64,000 bases of DNA. Source: an uncultured delta proteobacterium (GTDB lineage Bacteria > Desulfobacterota > Desulfobacteria > Desulfobacterales > UBA2156). A program made the position numbers and the translations under genes. Below the pieces are notes generated by a model. That model saw only the letters and a program-made list of their open reading frames with translations. It made no database searches and was not told the DNA's origin. The stretch lies in contig CAVTQK010000015.1 of NCBI GenBank assembly GCA_963736855.1, forward strand, positions 544,001 through 608,000. Direction: 5' to 3'. Positions 19,512 through 29,365 of the stretch are shown here, piece after piece; the first letter of the stretch is position 1; the number at the start of each line of letters is the position of its first letter.

Positions 19512-19971
19512 ATCTGAATCTTGCACGTTATTCAGGTTTTATGAAAAACCGTTTCGATTTTTCAATGAAGGGGGAGTCAACCTTAGATTCGAATGCTTCG
19601 TTTTAAATTGATCGTCTTTGTGCATTTTCTATGGGGGTATTCGATCATAACTTGTGATATTTATTTTATCTTGATAGTAATCATGGGTGAAATAATAGAA
19701 GAAGCTTATCTGCAGGATAGGCACGGTCCCCTTTTTCATTATCTGTAATCTAAGAAATGTGGACATTCATTGGCCGTAGGCGATGGATTCTCAATTATCC
19801 GAAGGATGAGGTAGTTTCAAGGTCAATTAATCAGTATGATATTGAAATTCCATTCAAATTGAGTGCAGATCGCCAATTTTGCCTCTATTGAATTTTCTTT
19901 TGGAAGTCGGAATCCAGGGGATATTCCGGATCTGAAACGCAGTCATCAAAAAGCTTCAAGGAACTCATTCG

Positions 19972-20889
19972 TCATCCGGCCAGCCCGAGCCAGCAGGACA
20001 GGCTCAGAGCCGAGAGCAGGGTGCTGGCCGATATTGTGATCACGGCCAATTCCAAATCCCCGTTCATTTCTCCGGCCATGGTATAGATCAGTGTGGCCGA
20101 AGGACAGGCCAGCAGGATCAATGCCGGCAAGAAGTCGGCTGATGGGATCCCCAAGATTCGAAACATCGCCAGTCCCAATGCTGGAAGGACCACGAGTTTG
20201 AACATACCGGCGCCGATCCAGTCGCGGACCTGATCCTTGATTTGGCGCAACGAGATCGAGGCGCCGATGAGCAGCAGGGCCAGGGGCAGAGCCATGCCGC
20301 TTAAAATGGTCAAGCTCCGGTCCACGACTTCAGGAAAGGAAAACCGGGTCAGGGATGCGATGATACCTGCGGCAGCGGACAGGATCACCGGATTTCCCGC
20401 GATTTTCAGAACACCGGTTCGAACCGGATGCCCCCGGGATTGAACGCTGAAACGTTGGAGTATGAACACGGCGAGAATATTTTGTAAAACCATGATGAAA
20501 CCCGCCAGAATCCCTGCCCGAACGAGTCCGTCTGGGCCTAGGAAAAAATAAGCCACGGCCAGGCCGATATATCCCAAATTCCCGTGAATGGCGCTTTGGA
20601 CAAAGGTGGCCTTTCGGGAAGGCGCTAATGCCAGGGATCGTGCCGTGAGCCATGATAGCGCGAATACTACTATTATCGCCGCCAGACTGATGAGGACCAC
20701 TTCAGGATGGAAATGAGTGGTGAAGCTGGATTTGGATACGGCCTGAAAGATCATGGCCGGGATGGCAAAATAAAAGACGAGACGATTGGCCGGACCCATC
20801 AGTTCGTGGGTCATAAAGCGTTTTTCCCTGGCGATCCATCCTAAGATGATGATGGTAAATACAGGAATGATAGTGGTCAGGACAGCCAT
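19972..20889 (-). CDS. AEC (auxin efflux carrier) family transporter
   Basis: LVFYFAIPA, GNLGYIGL, NPVI, PLALLLIG, ACPSA; start moved to MAVLTT. Confidence 0.85.
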   Translation of the reverse strand: MAVLTTIIPVFTIIILGWIAREKRFMTHELMGPANRLVFYFAIPAMIFQAVSKSSFTTHFHPEVVLISLAAIIVVFALSWLTARSLALAPSRKATFVQSAIHGNLGYIGLAVAYFFLGPDGLVRAGILAGFIMVLQNILAVFILQRFSVQSRGHPVRTGVLKIAGNPVILSAAAGIIASLTRFSFPEVVDRSLTILSGMALPLALLLIGASISLRQIKDQVRDWIGAGMFKLVVLPALGLAMFRILGIPSADFLPALILLACPSATLIYTMAGEMNGDLELAVITISASTLLSALSLSCWLGLAG

Positions 20890-21106
20890 GTTATCGACCC
20901 CTGGAATTGTTCCGGCCTGATGGCGTTTCCATTCGCCCAAGGATTTGCCGATGCCGGTTTTCGGGGTCCATAACATGCCTTGAAAAAAACCGAAACCCTT
21001 TTCCGGGTGATGAAACTGAATCGGGAATATGGCGTCTAACCCCTTTGCACCTTTTTCAATGAACAGTCGTTCGTGGGGGTTTGGCCTCTCAGGTTGCCGC
21101 GCTGGA

Positions 21107-21736
21107 TCAGACGGTTTTGACGATCGCCACCGCTTCCCTGACCTGTTTGCGGATGGTGTCGAATTGTCCGGAGGCGATGAGCTGACGGGTTGCAAGCCAG
21201 GAGCCGCCGCAGGCGGAAACGCTCGGAAGCTTGAGATAACGACTGAGATTTTCAGGGCTGATACCGCCGGTGGGGACGAACCGCATCATCGGAAAAGGAG
21301 CAATGAGCGCTTTGAGAGTCTGAATTCCGCCAAAAGCCTCTGCCGGAAAAAATTTGACGAGATCCAGGCCGTAATCCAGCGCCATTCCGATGTCGGTGGG
21401 AGTACAAACGCCGGGAAGCACCGGGATTCGACGGTCAAGGCAGTATCGAATGACTTTGGAGTGAATGCCCGGAGAAACGATGAAGGACGCCCCTGCATCG
21501 ACCGCTTGTCCGGCCTGTTCGACATTCAGCACGGTTCCGGCTCCGACGATCAGATCTCCTCTTAAAGCCAATGCCGTCATGGCTTTTAGAGCCGCATCTG
21601 TCCGGAATACCACTTCGGCGCACGGCAGGCCCCCTTCAATGAGTGCATCCGCCAACGGATCCGTATCTTTCGGATCTTCAATGGCAATCACCGGGATGAC
21701 TCTTAACTTCAAAGCGATTTCAAATGGTGTCTGCAT
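21107..21736 (-). CDS. eda: KDPG/KHG aldolase
   Basis: VIPVI, VGAGTVL, FIVSPG, PGVCTPTD, KFFPAEAFGG, PTGGI, GGSW. Confidence 0.93.
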   Translation of the reverse strand: MQTPFEIALKLRVIPVIAIEDPKDTDPLADALIEGGLPCAEVVFRTDAALKAMTALALRGDLIVGAGTVLNVEQAGQAVDAGASFIVSPGIHSKVIRYCLDRRIPVLPGVCTPTDIGMALDYGLDLVKFFPAEAFGGIQTLKALIAPFPMMRFVPTGGISPENLSRYLKLPSVSACGGSWLATRQLIASGQFDTIRKQVREAVAIVKTV

Positions 21737-21777
21737 GTTCCTTTTCTCCCTGATGACGAACTGAATCGAAAGGCACC

Positions 21778-22070
21778 TCAATCCATGAGAAAACCCCCGT
21801 TGACGTCCAGAATTTCTCCGGTGATAAAAGACGCTTTGTCCGAGGCCAGGAAAAGGACCGCTTCCGCCACCTCCTCCGGCTTTCCCAGGCGTTTCAAGGG
21901 AATGGCGTCAATGACGGCCTTGCGTTTTTCCGGCGGCCATTGGGCGCTCATTTCCGTTTCAATCGCATGGGGCGCCACGCCATTGACATGGATGCCAAAT
22001 TGGGCCAGTTGGCGGGCCAGTGTTTTCGTCAAAGCGTCCATTCCCGCCTTGGAGGGCCCATATCCGGGCG
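21778..22070 (-). pseudogene. 3' fragment of an SDR (FabG-like) oxidoreductase
   Basis: YGPSK (YxxxK), VNGVAP, IPLKRLGKPEEVA, ITGEILDVNGG; the N-terminal Rossmann fold is absent. Confidence 0.8.
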
Positions 22071-22258
22071 CACCGATGTCCAAGAGCTTGCTGAATAGTT
22101 CGTACCATCATCGGCAACGGACATGTTCGGGTGGTATCCGGTGTTAAGATAAGAATTTTTTTTCCTTCGAATCGATGGATGGGTATTTCATCCTCGATGA
22201 TCGATATCACTTCGCTTTCCAATAAAACCGAATCCGGATTTCCTTTTCCAGAAGTCAT
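22063..22258 (-). pseudogene. 5' fragment of a LarA (lactate racemase/NPN-dependent epimerase) family gene
   Basis: GKKILILTPDTTRTCPLP resembles the LarA PDxTR motif; similarity stops at GHRCAR, before the expected ALGTH. Confidence 0.65.
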
Positions 22259-22720
22259 TTCACAATCCTATCAATCCGCTGATAGAAATTAAAAATGGGT
22301 GGGTAATCGATATGTTCGGATGGATGATACTCAGGATTGGATTATGTTTTGCCGTCATTTCGGCCCAATAAATGATACAATATAGTTGCCGTGACTGATA
22401 GTTTTTCAATTATCCAAAGGAAAGAGCAGTGTCAACAGCAATTCTATCGGCATCTTCTTGAAATTCCTGCCGATTTGAATATAAGGCGCTGCTCAACTGT
22501 TGGGCGGTATTGACTCGAAAGGAAGGATCAAAAAACCATTTCCGCTTCAAACAGGCTGAGCATGATTTCCTTGCCAGTATCAAAGTATAGATAGGGGATG
22601 TGTAACGGCCAACAGAGCGGTTTCCCGGAAACATTTAAATAATCTACACATGTATGTGCAGGGGGATTGAATCCGAAAACTCCCTTTATATTTGAATTCT
22701 AATATTGATTTTTATTCGTA

Positions 22721-23872
22721 ATGAAAGTTGACAGGAACCGATTTACTGTTAAAGTATTTTCCATGAAACCGGCCATGACCCAGCGCACATTCGGACATGT
22801 GAAGATCCCCATGAAACGGGTTCACCTGGAACTGACGAACGTCTGCGAATTCAATTGCGTCTTTTGCCCCAAATCCCGGATGACGCGTCCTCCGGGATTC
22901 ATGGATACCAGCATTGCCAGGGATGCGATTTCGATCCTTGGCGCGGAAGGGATTTCAGAAAAGGTGACCCTGCACGTCATGGGAGAGCCGACTCTTCACC
23001 AAGACTTTTTTAATATCCTCTCCCATGCTCAGAAAGAGAGGGTCCCCATCGGACTTACCACCAATGGAAGGAGTTTGGGAGGAGCCGTGGGTCAGGGTCT
23101 CCTTTCCTATCCTTTGCAACAGATCGACGTGTCGCTGCAGACCCCTGATCCCTCCTCTTTTATTTTAAGAAAAGCCCGATCTCTATCCTTTGAAAATTAC
23201 CTTTCAGGCATTTTAACCTTCTTTTTTGCCTACAAAAAAAAGTACCCTCAAACGATTTTTAAATTCCGATTTCTCAATACACGCTTTTCAAAAAAGCAAA
23301 TGGAAAAGGCTACAGGGCCTTTGCGAGTAATTTCTTCCAACCGGGAATTGAGGCGCATTTTTAGCCAATGGGCGAATCGGATTCAGGACGGGTTAAAAAC
23401 CGATCCCATTCAAAGGGCGGCCGTAGGTAAAAAGATCGATTCGCTTACTTCCTACAAGTGGAATGTCCTGGAAGTCCATCCGAGCGTTTTTTTTGAAACC
23501 TACGTTCTGGAAGATTGGGGTCATGCTTTCAATTCGCAGCCTGTTCGAGACGCCTGGGCCGGGTACTGTTTCGGCATGCGGGATCACTTCGGTATCCTTT
23601 ATAACGGCGATGTGACGCTGTGCTGCATCGATTATGACGGCAAGACCGCCATCGGGAATCTGAAAGAGGCGTCTTTGAAACATGTTCTATCGTCGAAGGC
23701 TCTTGGAGAGATCATGGATGGATTTGATCGCTTTCGCTTGGTGCATCCGTATTGCAGGCAGTGTCTGGGGAGCACCGGCGTGGTGTCATGGCTGGTCAAG
23801 CCGGTAGCATCAATCATAGCGCTGAAGATACTGAAACCATTTTTTTATGCAAAATCGAATATCGACTCCTGA
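22721..23872 (+). CDS. Radical SAM protein with SPASM/twitch domain
   Basis: CEFNCVFC, GEPTLH, TTNG; C-terminal C...GDVTLCC...IGN...CRQC. Confidence 0.9.
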   Translation: MKVDRNRFTVKVFSMKPAMTQRTFGHVKIPMKRVHLELTNVCEFNCVFCPKSRMTRPPGFMDTSIARDAISILGAEGISEKVTLHVMGEPTLHQDFFNILSHAQKERVPIGLTTNGRSLGGAVGQGLLSYPLQQIDVSLQTPDPSSFILRKARSLSFENYLSGILTFFFAYKKKYPQTIFKFRFLNTRFSKKQMEKATGPLRVISSNRELRRIFSQWANRIQDGLKTDPIQRAAVGKKIDSLTSYKWNVLEVHPSVFFETYVLEDWGHAFNSQPVRDAWAGYCFGMRDHFGILYNGDVTLCCIDYDGKTAIGNLKEASLKHVLSSKALGEIMDGFDRFRLVHPYCRQCLGSTGVVSWLVKPVASIIALKILKPFFYAKSNIDS

Positions 23873-23908
23873 CGTTTCAAACCTACGAAGATAAAGACGA
23901 GGCCTGCT

Positions 23909-24631
23909 TCAGGAAGCGTCGGGAGCGGGATTTTTCTGTTTGCACTCTGTATCTCGTCCCAATTGTATTTTCACAGGATATTTATGATGCCTGACAATTT
24001 CACCTTCAATTAAATAAATGACTTCTTCAGCGATATTGGTGGCGTGATCCGCAAGACGTTCCAGATGCCTGGAAATCAGAAAAAGATTGATCAGTGGACC
24101 TATGGCTTCGGGATTTTTTTTCATTTCGTTTTTGATCTGGTCATAAGCCACTGTTTTCAAGTGGTCCACTTCGTCGTCCAGGGTGAGCACCTTGAAGGCA
24201 AGTGCTTCATCTAGCTTCACCAGGGCATCCAGGCTCATCTTCAACATGGTCATCGCTTTCTCTGACATCTGGGAATAGTCGTAATAGAGGTTCGATGATT
24301 TCCTTTGGGCCAATACCCAGACCCGCTGGGCGATATTCACGGCGATGTCACCGATCCGTTCGAGTTCATTGTTGATTTTGATGATCGCAACAAGAAATCG
24401 AAGGTCCACGGCAACAGGTTGGTGCAGCGCCAGTACCTTGAGGCATTCTTCTTCCACTTCAACTTCCATCTCATCGATCTCATAATCCATTTTAATGATC
24501 TGCTGGGCCAGATCAGGATCCTTGTTTTCCACGGCTTGGATTACCTTGAGCACCCGTTCTTCCACAAGAGCTCCTAAAGAAAGAACCATTTTTTTGATAT
24601 TCGCCAGTTCTCGCTGAAAATGTTTTGCCAT
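23909..24631 (-). CDS. phoU: Phosphate signalling protein PhoU
   Basis: QPVAVDLR, ELERIGD, HLERLADHATNIAE. Confidence 0.95.
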   Translation of the reverse strand: MAKHFQRELANIKKMVLSLGALVEERVLKVIQAVENKDPDLAQQIIKMDYEIDEMEVEVEEECLKVLALHQPVAVDLRFLVAIIKINNELERIGDIAVNIAQRVWVLAQRKSSNLYYDYSQMSEKAMTMLKMSLDALVKLDEALAFKVLTLDDEVDHLKTVAYDQIKNEMKKNPEAIGPLINLFLISRHLERLADHATNIAEEVIYLIEGEIVRHHKYPVKIQLGRDTECKQKNPAPDAS

Positions 24632-24685
24632 GATTTATTCTCCAAACTTGAGAAAGACGTTTTCGGTTTATGCTATTTTTAAGAA

Positions 24686-26503
24686 CTATAAAGCCTGACC
24701 TGTTTCGGTTTTCGACGATTCAGGTTCCGGGTTGGGAAAATGTAAAGTGAACGTGGACCCTTTTCCGGGTGCGCTTTCCACTGTAATATGACCTCCATGT
24801 GCCTGGATGATGTGTTTGACGATTGCAAGCCCCAACCCTGTCCCTCCGAGCTTTCGGCTTCTTGCCTTGTCCACCCGATAAAACCGTTCAAAAAGCCTGG
24901 GAATATGCTTTTTTTCGATTCCGATGCCTTCGTCCTTAAAAGAGATTTTCAGCTCGGATACTTCCATACGACCCTCAATTCGGATGACACTTCCTTCCGG
25001 GCTATATTTGATGGCATTGTCGAGGAGGTTGACGGCGGCTTGTTCGAAAAGAATGGAATCCATCTTCATCCTGGATGCATCGTCGCAAAGCCATTCGATC
25101 CGGATCTTTTTGGCCTCCGCTTCGGGTCTGCGGAGTTCTATGGCCTTTTGGATAATCTCTTTAACGCTGTGTGTTTGTTTCCCGATCCGGTTTGTCTCTC
25201 CGTTTTCTTCTATCCGGGCCAGCGTCAACAGATTTTCGATGATGGCATCCAACCGGTTGACGTGTTTTTCGACGATATCCAGGAACCGTTTGGTTTCTCC
25301 AGTATGATCTAGGGGGCTGTTAAGGAGCGTCTCAACAAATCCCTTGACCGCCGTCAGAGGTGTTTTGAGTTCATGGGAGACATTGGCTGCAAAATCTCGG
25401 CGGATGTTTTCCAGGCGGCGCAGTTGAGTCACATCACTGAGCATTAAAAGCGTACCCATATCGTGCCCTTGAACACCGTATATGCGACAGCCATGAACAT
25501 GGATCGTCCGTTCGCTACCGTTGCGATGAAAAGTAATGTCCTTTTCGGTTGGTGTCTCAGTGGAAATGACCTCCTGGATGAATTGCTCGAGATCCCGGTT
25601 GCGGATGAGTTCCAGGATGCTGAAATTTTTTTCGGGATCACGGGAAACTCCGAGAATATCCTGGGCGGCAACGTTTATTTTAATCACGCGTTGCTGGGAG
25701 TCCAGCGCGATAAGTCCTTCTCGCATGCTGGCCAGTATGGCTTCGATTTCGTTGTGCTGTTGAGAAATATCGATCATGCGTTTTCTGAGCTGTTGAGCCA
25801 TTCGATTCATTGCATCCGCCAGGCCGGCCATTTCATCCGTGTTCGCCATAGGAAGCCGATAATCCAGATCTCCTGAAGCAAATCGATTCGCACCCTGTTT
25901 CATGGCCTCAATGGGCATGCTGATTCTGCGGGAAATCCAAAGACTGAGTCCTGCCGCAGCCAGAAAGATAGCTATTCCTGCAAAGACTAGTCGGTTTCGA
26001 ATGCCATTGATCTGACCTTCGATGGTTGCCACCGCCAACGATGTCCGGATCACACCCTGAACCCGGCCGTTTAAGAGAACGGGAATGGCAACATACAGGA
26101 GCTTTTTCTGCAGGGTGTTGCTGAAGCGGATATTGGTTGCCATTTCACCTGCCATCGCTTTTCGGATCTCCGGTCGATCGGCGTGATTTTCCATCTTTTG
26201 AGGATTCACATAGGAATCCCCCAAAATCGTGCCATCTTGAGATATGACCGTGATTCGGCTCTTTGAGGCGTTGCCGGCCTCTTTACAAATTGCATCAATG
26301 GCTGAACCGTTTACCGGTGATAGGTGTTGGACTACCTGAACTTTAATGAGCTGACACCGTGTCTCGAGATCCGATGCCGATTGGTTGTAAAAAAAATTCT
26401 TCATGGCCCAAAAAGCATACCCGCCGGAAACGATTAGTGAGACAACCGCGATCAGGAGGGAAGCGAAAAACAGGATCCATGTCAGTCTTGCTTTTTTTTT
26501 CAT
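24686..26503 (-). CDS. phoR: Phosphate regulon sensor histidine kinase
   Basis: Two TMs, MENHADRPE, HAMP, PAS, NVSHELKTP, RLFERFYRVDKARSR...GGTGLGL. Confidence 0.93.
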   Translation of the reverse strand: MKKKARLTWILFFASLLIAVVSLIVSGGYAFWAMKNFFYNQSASDLETRCQLIKVQVVQHLSPVNGSAIDAICKEAGNASKSRITVISQDGTILGDSYVNPQKMENHADRPEIRKAMAGEMATNIRFSNTLQKKLLYVAIPVLLNGRVQGVIRTSLAVATIEGQINGIRNRLVFAGIAIFLAAAGLSLWISRRISMPIEAMKQGANRFASGDLDYRLPMANTDEMAGLADAMNRMAQQLRKRMIDISQQHNEIEAILASMREGLIALDSQQRVIKINVAAQDILGVSRDPEKNFSILELIRNRDLEQFIQEVISTETPTEKDITFHRNGSERTIHVHGCRIYGVQGHDMGTLLMLSDVTQLRRLENIRRDFAANVSHELKTPLTAVKGFVETLLNSPLDHTGETKRFLDIVEKHVNRLDAIIENLLTLARIEENGETNRIGKQTHSVKEIIQKAIELRRPEAEAKKIRIEWLCDDASRMKMDSILFEQAAVNLLDNAIKYSPEGSVIRIEGRMEVSELKISFKDEGIGIEKKHIPRLFERFYRVDKARSRKLGGTGLGLAIVKHIIQAHGGHITVESAPGKGSTFTLHFPNPEPESSKTETGQAL

Positions 26504-27192
26504 GGATTTTCCGTAAAGCGATAGCCTACCCCGCGGACGGTTTCAATATACTCTCCCAGCAGCCCCATTTTTTTCCTGAGACCTGCAATCTGTACATCGA
26601 CGCTTCGATCCGTGACAGCATAGTTGACACCTCTGACGGCATCGACGATCTGGGTGCGGGTGAAAACCCAGCCGGGACGTCTTGCCAGAAGCACCAGGAT
26701 TTCAAATTCCGTGTAAGTAAGCCGAATTTCTTCTCCGCGTGCATGGACCGTGTGCTTGAGTGTATTGATGGTCAACTCCCCCCATTCTATGAAAGAAGGT
26801 TTTTCCGTTACGGCGTCCTGCTTTCTTCTAAGAATTGAACGGACCCGGGCCAGAAGTATGCGGGGGCTGAACGGCTTGGTGACATAATCGTCTGCGCCCA
26901 TCTCCAGGCCGGTAACCACATCGGCTTCTTCACCCTTGGCGCTGAGCATCAGGATGGGCAGATGCCGGGTTTTGGAGTCTGTCTTAAGGGTTCTGGTTAC
27001 TTGAAGGCCGTCTATACCCGGAAGCATCAGGTCCAGGATTAAGAGGTCAAAAGATTCATTTGCGGCGGTTTTAATGGCGGTTTCTCCAGAAGCGGCACAG
27101 GTGATTTGAAACCCTTCCTTTTCCAGGTTATATCGCACCAATTCCAGGATGTCTTCCTCATCATCCACCACAAGAATCTTACCTTTGCTCAT
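26500..27192 (-). CDS. phoB: Phosphate regulon response regulator (OmpR family)
   Basis: REC plus winged helix (RSVDVQIAGLRKK, IETVRGVGY); upstream of phoR-phoU. Confidence 0.9.
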   Translation of the reverse strand: MSKGKILVVDDEEDILELVRYNLEKEGFQITCAASGETAIKTAANESFDLLILDLMLPGIDGLQVTRTLKTDSKTRHLPILMLSAKGEEADVVTGLEMGADDYVTKPFSPRILLARVRSILRRKQDAVTEKPSFIEWGELTINTLKHTVHARGEEIRLTYTEFEILVLLARRPGWVFTRTQIVDAVRGVNYAVTDRSVDVQIAGLRKKMGLLGEYIETVRGVGYRFTENP

Positions 27193-27283
27193 CAGTTTTC
27201 CCTTTGAAAAAGAGAGATTTTGTTTTCGAAAGTCAACCAGGGTATCAATTTTTTAGCGATTGATCATATACACTCGCGATAAA

Positions 27284-27335
27284 TTGTGTACGTTTTGTTA
27301 GGAATGGATCAAAAATACGTTAGATAAAGGTTACG
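27284..27335 (-). promoter_or_regulatory. Putative Pho boxes upstream of phoB
   Basis: GTTA (TAAC on minus) at 27297, 27319 and 27330, i.e. in 11-bp register. Confidence 0.55.
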
Positions 27336-27391
27336 ATAAAGAATATCGGAGTTCAATCGTTTCCAAAAAGCACCGCTGGATCATTCGGAAT

Positions 27392-28459
27392 TCAGGATCC
27401 CTTTCCAAAGGGGCAGGCTGGGTAATGGCAGGTCGGACAATCCAGGCAGAGCCCTCCATGGGCGAGTCTGGCCAGATCCTTCGCATTCGGCCTTTCACCT
27501 GAAAGGATCCTGGGAAGGATGAGATCAAAAATGGTTGCTTTATGATACAAGGCACAGGCAGGGATCCCCATGATGGGAATATCTCCCCGGTAGGCCAAAA
27601 GAAACATGGCCCCCGGAAGTACTGCTGAACTGTAATACATCCGATCGACACCTGCCTTGTAAATCCCGATCCGGGTGACATCGTCAGGGTCAACGGACAT
27701 GCCGCCGGTAGTGACGATGAGATCGGCGCCTTGAGAGAGGAATCGCTTTAAATGATTGGCGATGTCATTCTCGTCATCCGGCAGGATGACCGTTTCCAAT
27801 AGCATGGAACCCATCTCCGTAACTTTATTCCGGACGATCCCTTCGAATCGATCCTCAATGATTCCCTGGTAGACCTCATTTCCGGTGATGATCAGATAGA
27901 CCTTATGCATGATAAAGGGCTTGACCGAGAAAATGGGAAAGTGGTGTTTTGCCAGTTCTAAGGCTTGATCCAGGACAGGACGTCGAATCACTAAGGGGAC
28001 AGCGCGGGTTCCTGCAAGCTTCTGACCTTTTTTGACCGGCGTATGGGTGTGGATGGAAGCACACATCACGTCCTGGATTTCATTCAAGGAAATGAGGGGA
28101 TCCACTTTCACAGTAAACAGGCCGTCCGTTGCAGCAAAAAGCTGAATTTTTCCTTCGGAGGGATTCGGGGTATAGGTCACGCCAGGGCCGGATAATGCCT
28201 CGGCAATTTCCAACACCGCTTCATCCTCATGAACCTCATCCTTTCCGAGTTCGAGAACATAGATATGTCGCTTGCCCAGGCGCATCAGGTGGCAAAGATC
28301 TCCGGCTTCGATTTTCTGGCCCCGATGAAAGGACGGCCCCTTGAACTTTCCGGGGATGATCTCCGTCATGTCATGGGGAATTGACAAGCCGACGGCATCT
28401 TCGATCTTGATTTTCTTTTGTGGCCTCTTGCAGGTCGGGTCGTCTTCGGGCTTCAGCAT
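27392..28459 (-). CDS. Molybdopterin-binding (MoeA/MoCF-like) protein
   Basis: HDMTEIIPG, ITGNEV, TTGGMSVDPDD, LPGAMF, C-terminal GGLCLDCPTCHYPAC. Confidence 0.85.
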   Translation of the reverse strand: MLKPEDDPTCKRPQKKIKIEDAVGLSIPHDMTEIIPGKFKGPSFHRGQKIEAGDLCHLMRLGKRHIYVLELGKDEVHEDEAVLEIAEALSGPGVTYTPNPSEGKIQLFAATDGLFTVKVDPLISLNEIQDVMCASIHTHTPVKKGQKLAGTRAVPLVIRRPVLDQALELAKHHFPIFSVKPFIMHKVYLIITGNEVYQGIIEDRFEGIVRNKVTEMGSMLLETVILPDDENDIANHLKRFLSQGADLIVTTGGMSVDPDDVTRIGIYKAGVDRMYYSSAVLPGAMFLLAYRGDIPIMGIPACALYHKATIFDLILPRILSGERPNAKDLARLAHGGLCLDCPTCHYPACPFGKGS

Positions 28460-28707
28460 AGTATTGTATCTCGGAATTTAAGAGATATAAGCTTTGGTCA
28501 TTAGAAAATAATATTGAATAATTATAATAGAATCATCTCTTTTGCACAAGCCCGATTCATCTAAATTTCGATTTGTCCTTGACTTAAAAAAGGTTTTTTG
28601 ATTGGATTAATAAAAAAAGAATTGTGGATCATTTTTCTGATCAACTCCCTGATCCCATCGAGCCCGGCAGAGCATCCTTCTTTATTCCCGCTTTAAGGAA
28701 GGAGTCC

Positions 28708-29307
28708 ATGAGCAAGAAAGAGGCGGCCTTGTCTGAAGATGATCTGAAGCCCTTCTGGAAAAAGGGGGTATTACCGATTCTTTTTATCGGCATCGGAATC
28801 ATCGTCGCCTTCCCCCTGTTCAGCATCACCTATTATACCATGGTCCGGACTTCGACACCCGGATTCTGCGCCTCCTGCCACGAGATTGAACCGGCTTATC
28901 AGGCATGGAAAATGTCCACCCATGTCAACAATGCCCAGGGCTTTGTCGCCGACTGCATGGACTGCCATCTCCCCGCTCCCCATGATACCTTCAATTTCTT
29001 TTTTACCAAGACGGCCCATGGCATCAAGGATGTCGTGATTCACTTCACGGGGAAGCCTTATGATCGGGAGGAGAATCGGCAGGCGGCGTATGCATCCTTT
29101 AAGAACGAGCAGTGCCAGAAGTGCCATCGGAACATCCTGAATATTCCCGATAAACGGGGCGCCATGCTGGCGCATCGGGATGTTCTCTATCCGCGGCCGG
29201 GATATGAAAAACGATGTGTGGATTGCCACAGAAACCTCGTTCACAACGACAGCCCGCTTTACCGGTATAAGCAGTACCAAACCGCATATCGGGGTTTGGG
29301 CTTATAG
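28708..29307 (+). CDS. NapC/NirT-family tetraheme cytochrome c (quinol dehydrogenase)
   Basis: One TM then four CxxCH (CASCH, CMDCH, CQKCH, CVDCH); RBS AAGGAG. Confidence 0.9.
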   Translation: MSKKEAALSEDDLKPFWKKGVLPILFIGIGIIVAFPLFSITYYTMVRTSTPGFCASCHEIEPAYQAWKMSTHVNNAQGFVADCMDCHLPAPHDTFNFFFTKTAHGIKDVVIHFTGKPYDREENRQAAYASFKNEQCQKCHRNILNIPDKRGAMLAHRDVLYPRPGYEKRCVDCHRNLVHNDSPLYRYKQYQTAYRGLGL

Positions 29308-29365
29308 AAGCTTGAAAAAGCATCAAACGGAGATTATAACCCAGAAGGAGAAAGGGGGGCTTGCT

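Larger units (their letters stand above)
11312..19530. mobile_element. Putative horizontally acquired island at tRNA-Lys (no integrase seen)
   Basis: Abrupt shift to AT-richer sequence (sample line at 15121: 24/60 GC; cysK line at 6781: 36/60), frequent ATA/AGG/AGA codons; begins at the tRNA 3' end and ends at an intron remnant. Confidence 0.7.
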
